Shown: positions 37,181 to 45,443 of the stretch, in pieces | Position numbering within the stretch: position 1 is the stretch's first letter | Layout: the number at the start of each line of letters is the position of its first letter | Made by a program: the position numbers and the translations under genes | IMG/VR virus record: IMGVR_UViG_3300012988_000019 | Span: 1-54,102 of that record | Source: a virus | Taxonomy: Duplodnaviria > Caudoviricetes | Strand: one strand, 5' to 3' | Length of the DNA stretch: 54,102 bases | Notes under the pieces: generated by a model | Database searches by the model: none | Told to the model about the DNA's origin: nothing | What the model saw: the letters and a program-made list of their open reading frames with translations, nothing else

Positions 37181-38215
37181 TCACTCGTCATCGTCGTCGA
37201 AGTCGTCCCCATCGCCTCCCACGAAGGGCTCGCCGTACGCCCGGGTGATGGGCATGCCGATGGGCGAGAAGTCGAGGCTATCAGCCTTGACCGAGGGGAG
37301 CAAACCGTAGAACTTGAAGAACTCCTTCTGCTCTCCCTCCTTCGGGCCCTTCTTGTAGTAGGACCACCCCTCGAACTTCTTGGCGTAGTCCTCGCCCATC
37401 ACCTCGGTGTGGAAGCGTCGCACGATCCGGCGGAACGTGTTGTACGTCATGTCACCGTAGGTGCGACCGGCGCGGTCGTCGCTGATGACCTTGCGCAGCC
37501 ACTTGCGGGACAGCTTGATCGCCGGCGAGCTGAGGATGGCCCTCTTCTCCACACCGGTGAGTGCGCTCGAGTCCTCCATGAGGTACCGGCGGTACTGCTT
37601 GCGCATGTTCTGGTCGTGGTGGTTGAGCATGTAGGCCAGCGACTTGAAGTTGTGCCACTGGATCGCCGAGTTCATCCAGACGAAGCTGATGTCGGAAACA
37701 TCGATCTTCATCTCCTTGGCGAGGTACCGGGCGCACATCCAGGCGACGGTCAGGTCGAGCGCCCCGATGTAGCCCAGGTACGAAGTGCGGGACATGAGCG
37801 TGATCGTCGGCTTCGGCTTCGCCTTGTACGAGATCGAGAGCATGCAGGAGCCCCAGCGACGCGTCTCCTTGTTGGTGTGACCGGTCGCGGCACCACCGCG
37901 CGGCTTCACCACCTTGGTGCGCATGGTCGCGATCCCTCGACCCTTGGTGCCGATCTTGCCCGTGCACTGCCCGATCCAGGCCTCGAGCTCCTCGGGGTCG
38001 ATGTACTGCCGGACCATCATCGACCAGCGCTGCTTGGTGAGCCACATCGACTTGAGGTCGAAGTCCCAGTCCATGGACTCGGCCTCGGCGATGACGTCGT
38101 GGATCTGGACGTCGACCGTGGAGATGACGTCGAGCTCACCCTCCTTGGCGGTGATGAGGCTGTCACAGAGCAGGTCGTGCAGCTCCGTGAGGGTAGGCGC
38201 GGTGTAGGTGCGCAT
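37181..38215 (-). CDS. Divergent second TS-fold protein
   Basis: GSCMLSISY...LMSRTSYLGYIGALD...IQWH parallels TS motifs; adjacent to the TS gene. Confidence 0.55.
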   Translation of the reverse strand: MRTYTAPTLTELHDLLCDSLITAKEGELDVISTVDVQIHDVIAEAESMDWDFDLKSMWLTKQRWSMMVRQYIDPEELEAWIGQCTGKIGTKGRGIATMRTKVVKPRGGAATGHTNKETRRWGSCMLSISYKAKPKPTITLMSRTSYLGYIGALDLTVAWMCARYLAKEMKIDVSDISFVWMNSAIQWHNFKSLAYMLNHHDQNMRKQYRRYLMEDSSALTGVEKRAILSSPAIKLSRKWLRKVISDDRAGRTYGDMTYNTFRRIVRRFHTEVMGEDYAKKFEGWSYYKKGPKEGEQKEFFKFYGLLPSVKADSLDFSPIGMPITRAYGEPFVGGDGDDFDDDDE

Positions 38216-38364
38216 CAGTGCATGACTCCAATGAGCTTGAGCAGGGTGATCACCAGGATGGTGGGCACCAGGAGGATGACCGCGATCACGGCCGTGAAGA
38301 AGGCGGCAGTCACCGCAGTCGCAAACCGGTCACGCAGCTTGTCCGGCTTCTGGTCGTTCTGCAT
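38215..38364 (-). CDS. Small membrane protein
   Basis: 49 aa with one long hydrophobic helix. Confidence 0.6.
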   Translation of the reverse strand: MQNDQKPDKLRDRFATAVTAAFFTAVIAVILLVPTILVITLLKLIGVMH

Positions 38365-38852
38365 CAGTACCGCCCGAAGCAGATGAAGGAGCCGGGGTGC
38401 AGCGGGTCCTCGTGGCACTGGACCGCGTCGTCGTCCAGCGCGCGCCGGCAGTGCGGGCACTTCGTCGAGACGCCGTCGTAGCCCTCCTCCTGCCGCTTGA
38501 TGTTCTTCGTACGCTTCCGGTAGTACTTGACGAAGAGGTCCTCCGGGGTCATGCCCGCGGTCATGCAGAGGTTCATGAAGAAGTGGAAGGCATCCACCAG
38601 CTCGCCCTGCACGGCCTCCTCGTTGAAGTGCTTGGAGGTGGCCCAGGGCTTCCAGCCCATCTCGTCGAGCGCCTCGTGGAGCTCGTCGATCAGCGCGATG
38701 TGCATGTCCTTGTAGAACTGCAGCCGCTGCTCACCGCTCAGCTGGTACGGGTCGGCGCCGAAGTTCTTCTCCTGCATGGAGCGCTGGAGCTCGAACATCG
38801 TGGCGAGGCGGTCATCCACACCCAGCTGGCCGTCGGGGGTGATCTCGGTCAT
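38364..38852 (-). CDS. All-alpha NTP pyrophosphatase (dimeric dUTPase / MazG-like)
   Basis: ALIDELHEAL..WKPW..ELVDAFHF..KNIKRQ..GY. Confidence 0.88.
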   Translation of the reverse strand: MTEITPDGQLGVDDRLATMFELQRSMQEKNFGADPYQLSGEQRLQFYKDMHIALIDELHEALDEMGWKPWATSKHFNEEAVQGELVDAFHFFMNLCMTAGMTPEDLFVKYYRKRTKNIKRQEEGYDGVSTKCPHCRRALDDDAVQCHEDPLHPGSFICFGRY

Positions 38853-39400
38853 GCGAACTTCCTCTCGATGTGGCGCATCACGCCGTTGAACGTGGCCAGC
38901 GGGTCATCCTCGCGGCCATCCTTGGTGTAGTCGTAGATGAAGACCCGAGCCTGCGTGGCCTCCTCATCGATGGCAGCACGAGCGCAGTACGCCTGGTAGA
39001 TCGCGTCGATCTTGCCCTGGACGACCACATTGTCGGGGTCATCCCAGATGTTCTCCCTGACGACCTGCAGCGGCGGGAGGCAGTAGATGATGATCGGCTG
39101 GCACCGGTAGAAGTCGCCCATCCAGAGCAGCATCTGGATCGGGTCGTCGAAGCCCTGCTCCGCGCTACCTCGCAGGATCGGCCCGTAGATCGTCTCGGAG
39201 ATCAGGCGGTGTCGGTCGAAGAGCATGGGCTTCTCGCCCCAGTGCTCGAGGCTGTCGGCGATCCAGGCCGGCAGGTCGACCATGGCCTCAGCGTCCTTGG
39301 AAACGACCCTCGGCGCGAGCTCGAGGAACGGCCACCGCTCGAGCAGCGACTTGATCAGCGTGGTCTTGCCGGCACCATCCGGCCCCTCGACGATGATCAC
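38849..39400 (-). CDS. P-loop dNMP kinase (thymidylate kinase-like)
   Basis: IIVEGPDGAGKTT, FDRHRLISE.IYG. Confidence 0.88.
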   Translation of the reverse strand: MIIVEGPDGAGKTTLIKSLLERWPFLELAPRVVSKDAEAMVDLPAWIADSLEHWGEKPMLFDRHRLISETIYGPILRGSAEQGFDDPIQMLLWMGDFYRCQPIIIYCLPPLQVVRENIWDDPDNVVVQGKIDAIYQAYCARAAIDEEATQARVFIYDYTKDGREDDPLATFNGVMRHIERKFA

Positions 39401-39756
39401 AGGACCGGCTCGCTCGGGAAGAGGATCGGGTAGCTCCAGGGCTCCTGACTGGTGATCAGTACCGGGCCCCCATCGATGCGACGGAAGTCGGGCGACTGGA
39501 TCATGTCGTAGGGGCCGATGACCGGGCGAGAGAAGATGGTGCCGTTGGGCCGGGTGTCGGTGACCAGCGTCGGGATGCGCCAGAACTCGGTTGTGTAGTA
39601 CTTGCCCGAGGTCTTGAAGAGGATCACTTCGACCCTCTCGATCGTCGGCGGGTGCTTCTGCTCGCGACCAGCCGACCAGATCTCGCCGCAGCTACACTGC
39701 CAGTACGGTCTGCTCTCTGAACCCATGAGCTTGGCGATGTGCGGCTTGTTCTCCAT
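39397..39756 (-). CDS. Hypothetical protein
   Basis: FKTSGKYYT motif; promoter TTGACA-18-TAGAGT (39784-39813). Confidence 0.65.
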   Translation of the reverse strand: MENKPHIAKLMGSESRPYWQCSCGEIWSAGREQKHPPTIERVEVILFKTSGKYYTTEFWRIPTLVTDTRPNGTIFSRPVIGPYDMIQSPDFRRIDGGPVLITSQEPWSYPILFPSEPVL

Positions 39757-39809
39757 TGTCTTATCCTTCCGGGTGGATGATTAACTCTATCAGTTCGGAA
39801 CTGAAGATG

Positions 39810-41363
39810 TCAATCACTCAGCTTCCCGCCTGCGACTCGGAGCAGTCGCTCGGGGGACATGATCATCTTCTTGCCGATGTCGCCATCCTCCATGAGGGTC
39901 TCATAGAGGAGGAAGTCAACGGTGTTTGCCCCGAGGTAGAACTCGTGGAACGTCGGCTTGTCGCTCAGCGCGATACGGTCCGAGAACTGACGGAAGTTCA
40001 CCCAGCTCTGCGGCAGGCTGTACCACTGGAGGATCGATGCACAGCTCAGGTCGATGGCCTCACCAGCAGCAGCGGGCTGACCGATGAAGACTGCACCACC
40101 CTGCGTCTTCTTGAACTGGGCCGGCATCCTGTCGCGCTCAGCCTGCTTCATCCCCCCATAGATCGAGTAGACGGGCACCTTCAGCTGCTTCCGGCAGAGC
40201 TCGAGCAGTCGCTGGATGTCGGCCTTGAACAGGGCGCCGATGACGACCTTCTCATCGGCTTCCATCAGATCCTCAAGCCTGCTCTGGATCATCCGCAGCT
40301 TTTCTGCACCCACCACTACCAGTCGACCCTCACGGTGCTGAGGAGTCGGCGAGGTCTTGCTGAGGCCCGAGGTAATCTGCTGCAGTCGCAGTCGCTGAAC
40401 CAGGCGGATACTCGCCTCAGTGATCTCACCCGTGTGAATGCGGGCGACCATGTCCTCGGCCATCTGGTCGTAGACCCCAGCAGACTCCTCGAGCGGTACC
40501 GGGATGATCTGAGTGGTTTGCTTAGGAAGGTCGTAGCACTCCTCACGAGTGATGCTGAAGGCATCCAGGTGCACGAGCGAGTGCAGCTCGTCCTCGTTAC
40601 GGGCACCCTTCCATACCTCGTAACGACCATCCCCAGCCTTGACCCATCGCCCGTAGTAGTGCTTGAACTCATTGAAGTTCATGTTGGGGAAGCGATCGGG
40701 GTTAAGGAACTGCCACTGGCTATAGATGTCGTACAGACGCTTGCTCTTCGTCACTACCGTACCGGTCAGCAGAACTCGGTAGTCGGCGACCTTGCCGAGG
40801 GTGTGGAGAGCAGTCGACTTCTTGGCAGACGGGGACTTGATACGGTGGCTCTCGTCGAGGATCATGAGCTGAGGCTGCCACCGCTTGAACGCCTTGATCA
40901 TGTCGTAGCGTCCACCGCGCCTAGCGCGAATCTTGGCCCCGCCCTTGTCGAGGATCGGCTGGCCCTTCTTTGGACCGCTGCGATGCACTCGGAAGTCACC
41001 CGGCACCGAGAAGGCGTCGTAATTGATCAGCACGATGTCGAGGATGTCCTGGCCATACGGAGGCAGCGACTGCACCTTGCGGCCCTTGCGGTCCCAGACC
41101 GTAAGTCGATAGGGTACGGGACAGTTCTCCTTGAGCTGGTCCTTCCACACCTGGATCGCGACGACCGGGCCGACCATGACTACTCGGTTGACCTTCCCCT
41201 GCATGTGCAGGATGGACATGTAGTCGATCGCTACCTTGGTCTTGCCTGTCCGGGGTTCCATGAGGAGCGCCCCGCCCCAGCCGTTCGCCATCAGCTTCTT
41301 GACGGCGGCCACCTGGTGGGCGTATGGACGCTTCTTCCACCTGTACTTGAGCCGATCTGCCAT
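39810..41363 (-). CDS. SNF2/SF2 helicase
   Basis: EPRTGKT, ILDESH, LTGT, QFSDRI; leaderless promoter TTGACT-18-GATAAT. Confidence 0.92.
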   Translation of the reverse strand: MADRLKYRWKKRPYAHQVAAVKKLMANGWGGALLMEPRTGKTKVAIDYMSILHMQGKVNRVVMVGPVVAIQVWKDQLKENCPVPYRLTVWDRKGRKVQSLPPYGQDILDIVLINYDAFSVPGDFRVHRSGPKKGQPILDKGGAKIRARRGGRYDMIKAFKRWQPQLMILDESHRIKSPSAKKSTALHTLGKVADYRVLLTGTVVTKSKRLYDIYSQWQFLNPDRFPNMNFNEFKHYYGRWVKAGDGRYEVWKGARNEDELHSLVHLDAFSITREECYDLPKQTTQIIPVPLEESAGVYDQMAEDMVARIHTGEITEASIRLVQRLRLQQITSGLSKTSPTPQHREGRLVVVGAEKLRMIQSRLEDLMEADEKVVIGALFKADIQRLLELCRKQLKVPVYSIYGGMKQAERDRMPAQFKKTQGGAVFIGQPAAAGEAIDLSCASILQWYSLPQSWVNFRQFSDRIALSDKPTFHEFYLGANTVDFLLYETLMEDGDIGKKMIMSPERLLRVAGGKLSD

Positions 41364-41370
41364 GGGGGTA

Positions 41371-41832
41371 TTATCTCACCAGCCGACCGCGAGAGTCAAT
41401 GACTGGATACCAGTACCCTTCCGCTGGTTCCTCGGGCCAATTGAACCGCCCGTACCACTCGGGGTCTTTGCGCAGGAGGTTGGCGCGGTGAACGGAGTGG
41501 AACCGCTTGAGCCCGATGAACGGGGGCAGAAGCACGTTACCCCTGCGGAACTGGCGATCGATCTGGGCCGGGTAGTATAGGTCGCGGGTTTTCTCCCAGC
41601 AGGTGTCCTTGTAGCCTCGGCGCTGCCATTCTTTGCAGATGTACCACTGGTAGGAAAGAAGAGCACCCTCGTAGCCTCGCCACATCTTCGTGACGGGGTG
41701 ATTGACCCAGCCCTCGTCGGTCACGAGAGCCTTCATGATCTGCAGGGTCTCGACTCGCTGCTTACCGAGACGTGCTCTGTCGAGCACCCGAGCCGATGAC
41801 TGGAAGCTCCGGTAAGGGAGGAACGTTTGCAT
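41371..41832 (-). CDS. Pyrimidine-dimer glycosylase / MSMEG_6728-like protein
   Basis: MQTFLPY...LD..RLGKQRVE...NHP..MW.GY...H..NLLRKDP..Y. Confidence 0.85.
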   Translation of the reverse strand: MQTFLPYRSFQSSARVLDRARLGKQRVETLQIMKALVTDEGWVNHPVTKMWRGYEGALLSYQWYICKEWQRRGYKDTCWEKTRDLYYPAQIDRQFRRGNVLLPPFIGLKRFHSVHRANLLRKDPEWYGRFNWPEEPAEGYWYPVIDSRGRLVR

Positions 41833-42383
41833 CAGACCTTCTTCGCGCAGACGGGGCCGATGCCCGCCTTGATCGACTCGTCAGCGGTGAGCTCTGCCCC
41901 GCAGATGATGCACCGACCGTGGAGCTTGCCCAGCTCCTTAGCCCGCTCGAGCGAGAGCTTGGAGCCGTGCATGAAGACCTCGTGCGAGCCCCCCTCGATG
42001 TACTCGAACTTGCCCCTGTCGTTGAGCACCTTGGCATAGCGTCGACCCGCCATGGAGGTGAGCAGCTTGTAGATGCGACCTCGAGCTTCGTAGAAGCCGT
42101 CCTCGACGACCCGTGCCTCATGCGCGGGGTTACCTGCTCGCTGGCGGTACGGAGCCGCACGGAGAGCTTCGATCATGTCCGAAGCAGCCTTGCTCGTCAA
42201 GGGCGTACCCTTGCCATCGCGGCAATCACGGATGATCTGCTCCTGCTTGTCGCGGGGCACCTCTGGAGCATACTCGCGCTCGTTCAGCAAGATGAGGATG
42301 TAGTTGTACTGCTTCACCGAAGCGAGTCTCACCTCGCTCGGCCGGTACGGGTTGCGCCAGTACTGGTGGGTCATCGCGGTCAT
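41832..42383 (-). CDS. DUF6011-like protein (leaderless)
   Basis: CIICGAELT..ESI..GIGPVC; TTGACA-16-TAGAGT (42390-42417). Confidence 0.75.
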   Translation of the reverse strand: MTAMTHQYWRNPYRPSEVRLASVKQYNYILILLNEREYAPEVPRDKQEQIIRDCRDGKGTPLTSKAASDMIEALRAAPYRQRAGNPAHEARVVEDGFYEARGRIYKLLTSMAGRRYAKVLNDRGKFEYIEGGSHEVFMHGSKLSLERAKELGKLHGRCIICGAELTADESIKAGIGPVCAKKV

Positions 42384-42419
42384 GTGATCACTCTACCATC
42401 TCCACACCAGGTGTCAAGG

Positions 42420-42824
42420 TCAGTCGCGGGCAGGGTAGATGTTCACCTGCAGCTCATCGGGGTAGAACGAGTAGTCACGAGGATCGGAGTTGCTCGGCGC
42501 CGACTCGGTGTGGAATGCCCGTCCGCGCGCCTTGAACGGGGCGATGATATCGGCGCGCGCGAGGAGGTTCCGAAGGCCCTGGTTCTGCACGGTGGGGCGC
42601 TTGCAGGTGGGGCAGACGAACCAGCCGAGCTTGCCCCCTCGCTGAATACCCCACTCCTTGTAGTCCTTCGTGGAGCGGTAGCACTGGCAGAGCTTGCCAG
42701 GGCGGGCGAAGAGACCCACTACCCTGAAAGCCTTGCCCTTGCGAGTGGCAGTATCAATCTGCGCGCGTAGGGCATCCGCTTGGGCGGCGTCATCGAACTC
42801 GATGAGAAGGTAGCGAGCGGGCAT
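42420..42824 (-). CDS. Zn-binding hypothetical protein
   Basis: CQC...CPTC. Confidence 0.65.
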   Translation of the reverse strand: MPARYLLIEFDDAAQADALRAQIDTATRKGKAFRVVGLFARPGKLCQCYRSTKDYKEWGIQRGGKLGWFVCPTCKRPTVQNQGLRNLLARADIIAPFKARGRAFHTESAPSNSDPRDYSFYPDELQVNIYPARD

Positions 42825-42866
42825 CAGATTCCCCTCTGGAATGTCGTATGCGGTCGATCACCCCCC

Positions 42867-42950
42867 ATACTATATACACAGATCACTAATGTCAAAGTGG
42901 GAAGCACTGCACCTTCCAGCCTTGACATGATAGCCATGGCTCATTAGATT
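42867..42950. promoter_or_regulatory. Divergent promoters: minus TTGACA-17-TAGTAT (42867-42895) and plus TTGACA-17-TAGATT (42922-42950)
   Basis: Perfect -35 boxes with 17 bp spacers. Confidence 0.8.
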
Positions 42951-43019
42951 AGTACTCGCATCGCTCACCCAACGAGCTAGGCGGACAACCCGGTCCGCCA
43001 TCGATCAAGGAGAATCATC

Positions 43020-43490
43020 ATGGCCCGAGCCCGTGCCGCCGCCAAGCCCGCCGTCGAGGTCGAGGAGGAGGTGGAGGCCACCGAGGAGACCCAGGAGGTC
43101 GCCTTCGGCGTCGCCGACATCGTCGCCCTGATCAAGACCAAGTTCAAGCAGGACACCACCACCCGCGAGCTGCGGACCCTGCTCCGCAAGATGGCCCGCG
43201 ACGGCCGCCTCGACCGCGAGATCGTCGCCGGCAACCGGGCCCGCTGGGAGTGGTCCGGCCCGAACGACCCCGAGGTCAAGGCCATCCTCAAGGCCTTCAA
43301 GGACGGCGAGCTCGAGGCCGACAAGAAGGAGAAGCTCGAGGCGCTGAAGCAGCGCAAGGCCGAGCAGAAGGCCGCGGCCGCCGCCGAGGCGGAGAAGGCC
43401 GAGAAGGCCGCCGCCAAGAAGGGCAAGAAGGCCGCGGTCGTCGAGGTCGAGGACGACGACGAGGACCTCGAGGACGACGACGAGTCCTGA
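43020..43490 (+). CDS. Putative HTH DNA-binding protein with Lys/Ala-rich and acidic tail
   Basis: AAGGAG RBS; TTRELRTLLRK...RWEW; extreme GC3 bias. Confidence 0.75.
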   Translation: MARARAAAKPAVEVEEEVEATEETQEVAFGVADIVALIKTKFKQDTTTRELRTLLRKMARDGRLDREIVAGNRARWEWSGPNDPEVKAILKAFKDGELEADKKEKLEALKQRKAEQKAAAAAEAEKAEKAAAKKGKKAAVVEVEDDDEDLEDDDES

Positions 43491-43541
43491 TCTCTCATCT
43501 GCCGGCACGACCTCCTGGGCACGAGGTTAAACTACCCACTC

Positions 43542-43665
43542 GGGGAGCTAGCTCAATCGGCAGAGCATCCGGCGCGCCCATGGACATGATGATACCGCCT
43601 TACGAGGTACTGGATCCAGGACCATGCGGATGGGAAGTATCGAGGTTCGAATCCTCGGCTCTCCA
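43542..43665 (+). ncRNA. tRNA-like RNA with Ala-type acceptor stem and about 50 nt extra
   Basis: GGGGAGC/GCTCTCC-A acceptor; GCTC/GAGC D arm; CGAGG-TTCGAAT-CCTCG T arm; non-canonical centre. Confidence 0.75.
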
Positions 43666-43812
43666 CTCGAGTACAACTCAATAGAGGTAGAGGGACCTTG
43701 CGAGGTAACGAGGCCGCGTTTTCCGGGTGATGGCGGCGGCAGTGACTCACTCGCTCAGGTTTAAAAGACCCTATTCTCAGCACCTAGCCAGTGCCAGGGC
43801 CCCCTCTCCCCA

Positions 43813-43848
43813 GCTGCCCCGCCGGTATTCTCTCGCCGCCGGGGCAGT
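43813..43848. terminator. Hairpin between convergent units
   Basis: CTGCCCCG...CGGGGCAG. Confidence 0.5.
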
Positions 43849-44041
43849 CTGGTAGATGGCTCAGAATCGCCGGCCCCTCACCTGACCTCATCACTCGACC
43901 CCACCCCTAACGGGCGATTACGCGCTTCCCTGGCCCCATCCTAGGGGTGCATGATCGCCCGACGCGTCGCGATCGATCACGGCCCGACACACCACGAAGC
44001 CCCCCCACACCCGAGTGATCGAGCGCGGAGGGGCAACGGTA

Positions 44042-45433
44042 CTAGCTGGTGTAGGCGTCAACGGGCTCAAGCGTTACAATGGCCCAATCACTAGTCCCTC
44101 CCCCGCCAGAAATAGTACCACTGGCGTTTCGGTTCACGGCCTGTACCCGCACCCGTACGGTAACTCCCGGATCAATCACGAGCTCAGCATCGATCAGCCG
44201 GGAAGCGAGCTGTGACGCAGATACTGTGTTGTCTCGATGCTCGTGTCGGATAGCCTCAGTACCCCCAATCGAGAGATCGGCGATCAGGGAGGGGGAGGCA
44301 TTAGCAGCCGAGTTGGTAAGCATGGCGGAGGCTCGGACCTTGAGTAGAGCCTTACTATCCGGGAAGGGGTTGGTGAAGTTGGCATCAAACATCACCGCTG
44401 CGACAGTACCAATTGCACTAACCGCAGTCATGGGGCCAGTGTAGGTTTGCATCTTGGGTGAAGCCGGGCCAGTGGCCCCCGTGTTACCGCGGGGGATCAC
44501 CAGGTTGAGCTGCTTATCGGGGGAGTCCCCGGTAATCGTGGCCTGTGCCGCAGAACCCGCTGCCCCAGTGGTAACAGTGCCAATGGAGAGTGTATCCCCA
44601 TCAGCCCCATCGACTCCCGGGTTTCCCCTGGGGATGGTCAGATCGAGAACCTTGTTCGGAGAAACACCGGTGATCGAAGCTACTGCCTCAGTACCAGGGT
44701 CGCCCGTCGTGATGGTGCCCATGGTGAGCTTGTCACCCGGGGACCCCGCATCACCCTTGTCACCCTTGGGGCCGATACTCCCATCGGCCCCCGGAGGACC
44801 CTCCAGCTCACTCGTCAGGATCAGATCGACCCAGGGCAGCTCAGGCGTATCGACATACCGCCACTGGATGGCCGTCCCTGAGTTCCTGAGCTCGACCTCC
44901 CGACCATCATCACCCATGATGATACCACCACCATCGATGATGTCCTTGATGTCCTGGTAGATCTGCTCGACCTCGGCGACACCCTCGGTACTCACCACGA
45001 CTACCGTGCCGGGATCGGGGTCGACACCCATCGCCATGGCCAGATCGATGGTCCCGTTCACCGGAACCTCGAAGACCACCGGTACCGGCTGAGCCAGCCC
45101 ACTCAGCTCGTTGAAGTTGAACCGAGCAGTGAACTGGACGTGATCGGGCTGGCCGGCAGGCTGCTCACTCGCCATCATCCAGACCCCAGGTGTGGAGCTG
45201 TTCGGCGCGTAGAGATCCCCGTTGATCACCCGGCACTCGAGGATGGAGATCACTGCCGTCCTCGGCGGGTCGGTGTTGATGAACCGCATGAGAGGAGTGT
45301 TCGGCGTGATGGTTACGGTACCAGTGAGAGGCACCTCATCCGGCACAGTGCCCGGGTCGTTGGAGTCCGCCACGAAGGAGACAAACCGACCGATCACCTT
45401 GCCATACTGGACCTGGCTAGGAACGTCAACCAT
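44042..45433 (-). CDS. Tail fibre / minor tail protein with collagen-like repeats
   Basis: GPKGDKGDAG Gly-X-Y repeats; paralog of the next gene. Confidence 0.75.
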   Translation of the reverse strand: MVDVPSQVQYGKVIGRFVSFVADSNDPGTVPDEVPLTGTVTITPNTPLMRFINTDPPRTAVISILECRVINGDLYAPNSSTPGVWMMASEQPAGQPDHVQFTARFNFNELSGLAQPVPVVFEVPVNGTIDLAMAMGVDPDPGTVVVVSTEGVAEVEQIYQDIKDIIDGGGIIMGDDGREVELRNSGTAIQWRYVDTPELPWVDLILTSELEGPPGADGSIGPKGDKGDAGSPGDKLTMGTITTGDPGTEAVASITGVSPNKVLDLTIPRGNPGVDGADGDTLSIGTVTTGAAGSAAQATITGDSPDKQLNLVIPRGNTGATGPASPKMQTYTGPMTAVSAIGTVAAVMFDANFTNPFPDSKALLKVRASAMLTNSAANASPSLIADLSIGGTEAIRHEHRDNTVSASQLASRLIDAELVIDPGVTVRVRVQAVNRNASGTISGGGGTSDWAIVTLEPVDAYTS

Positions 45434-45443
45434 GGTGAGCCTC

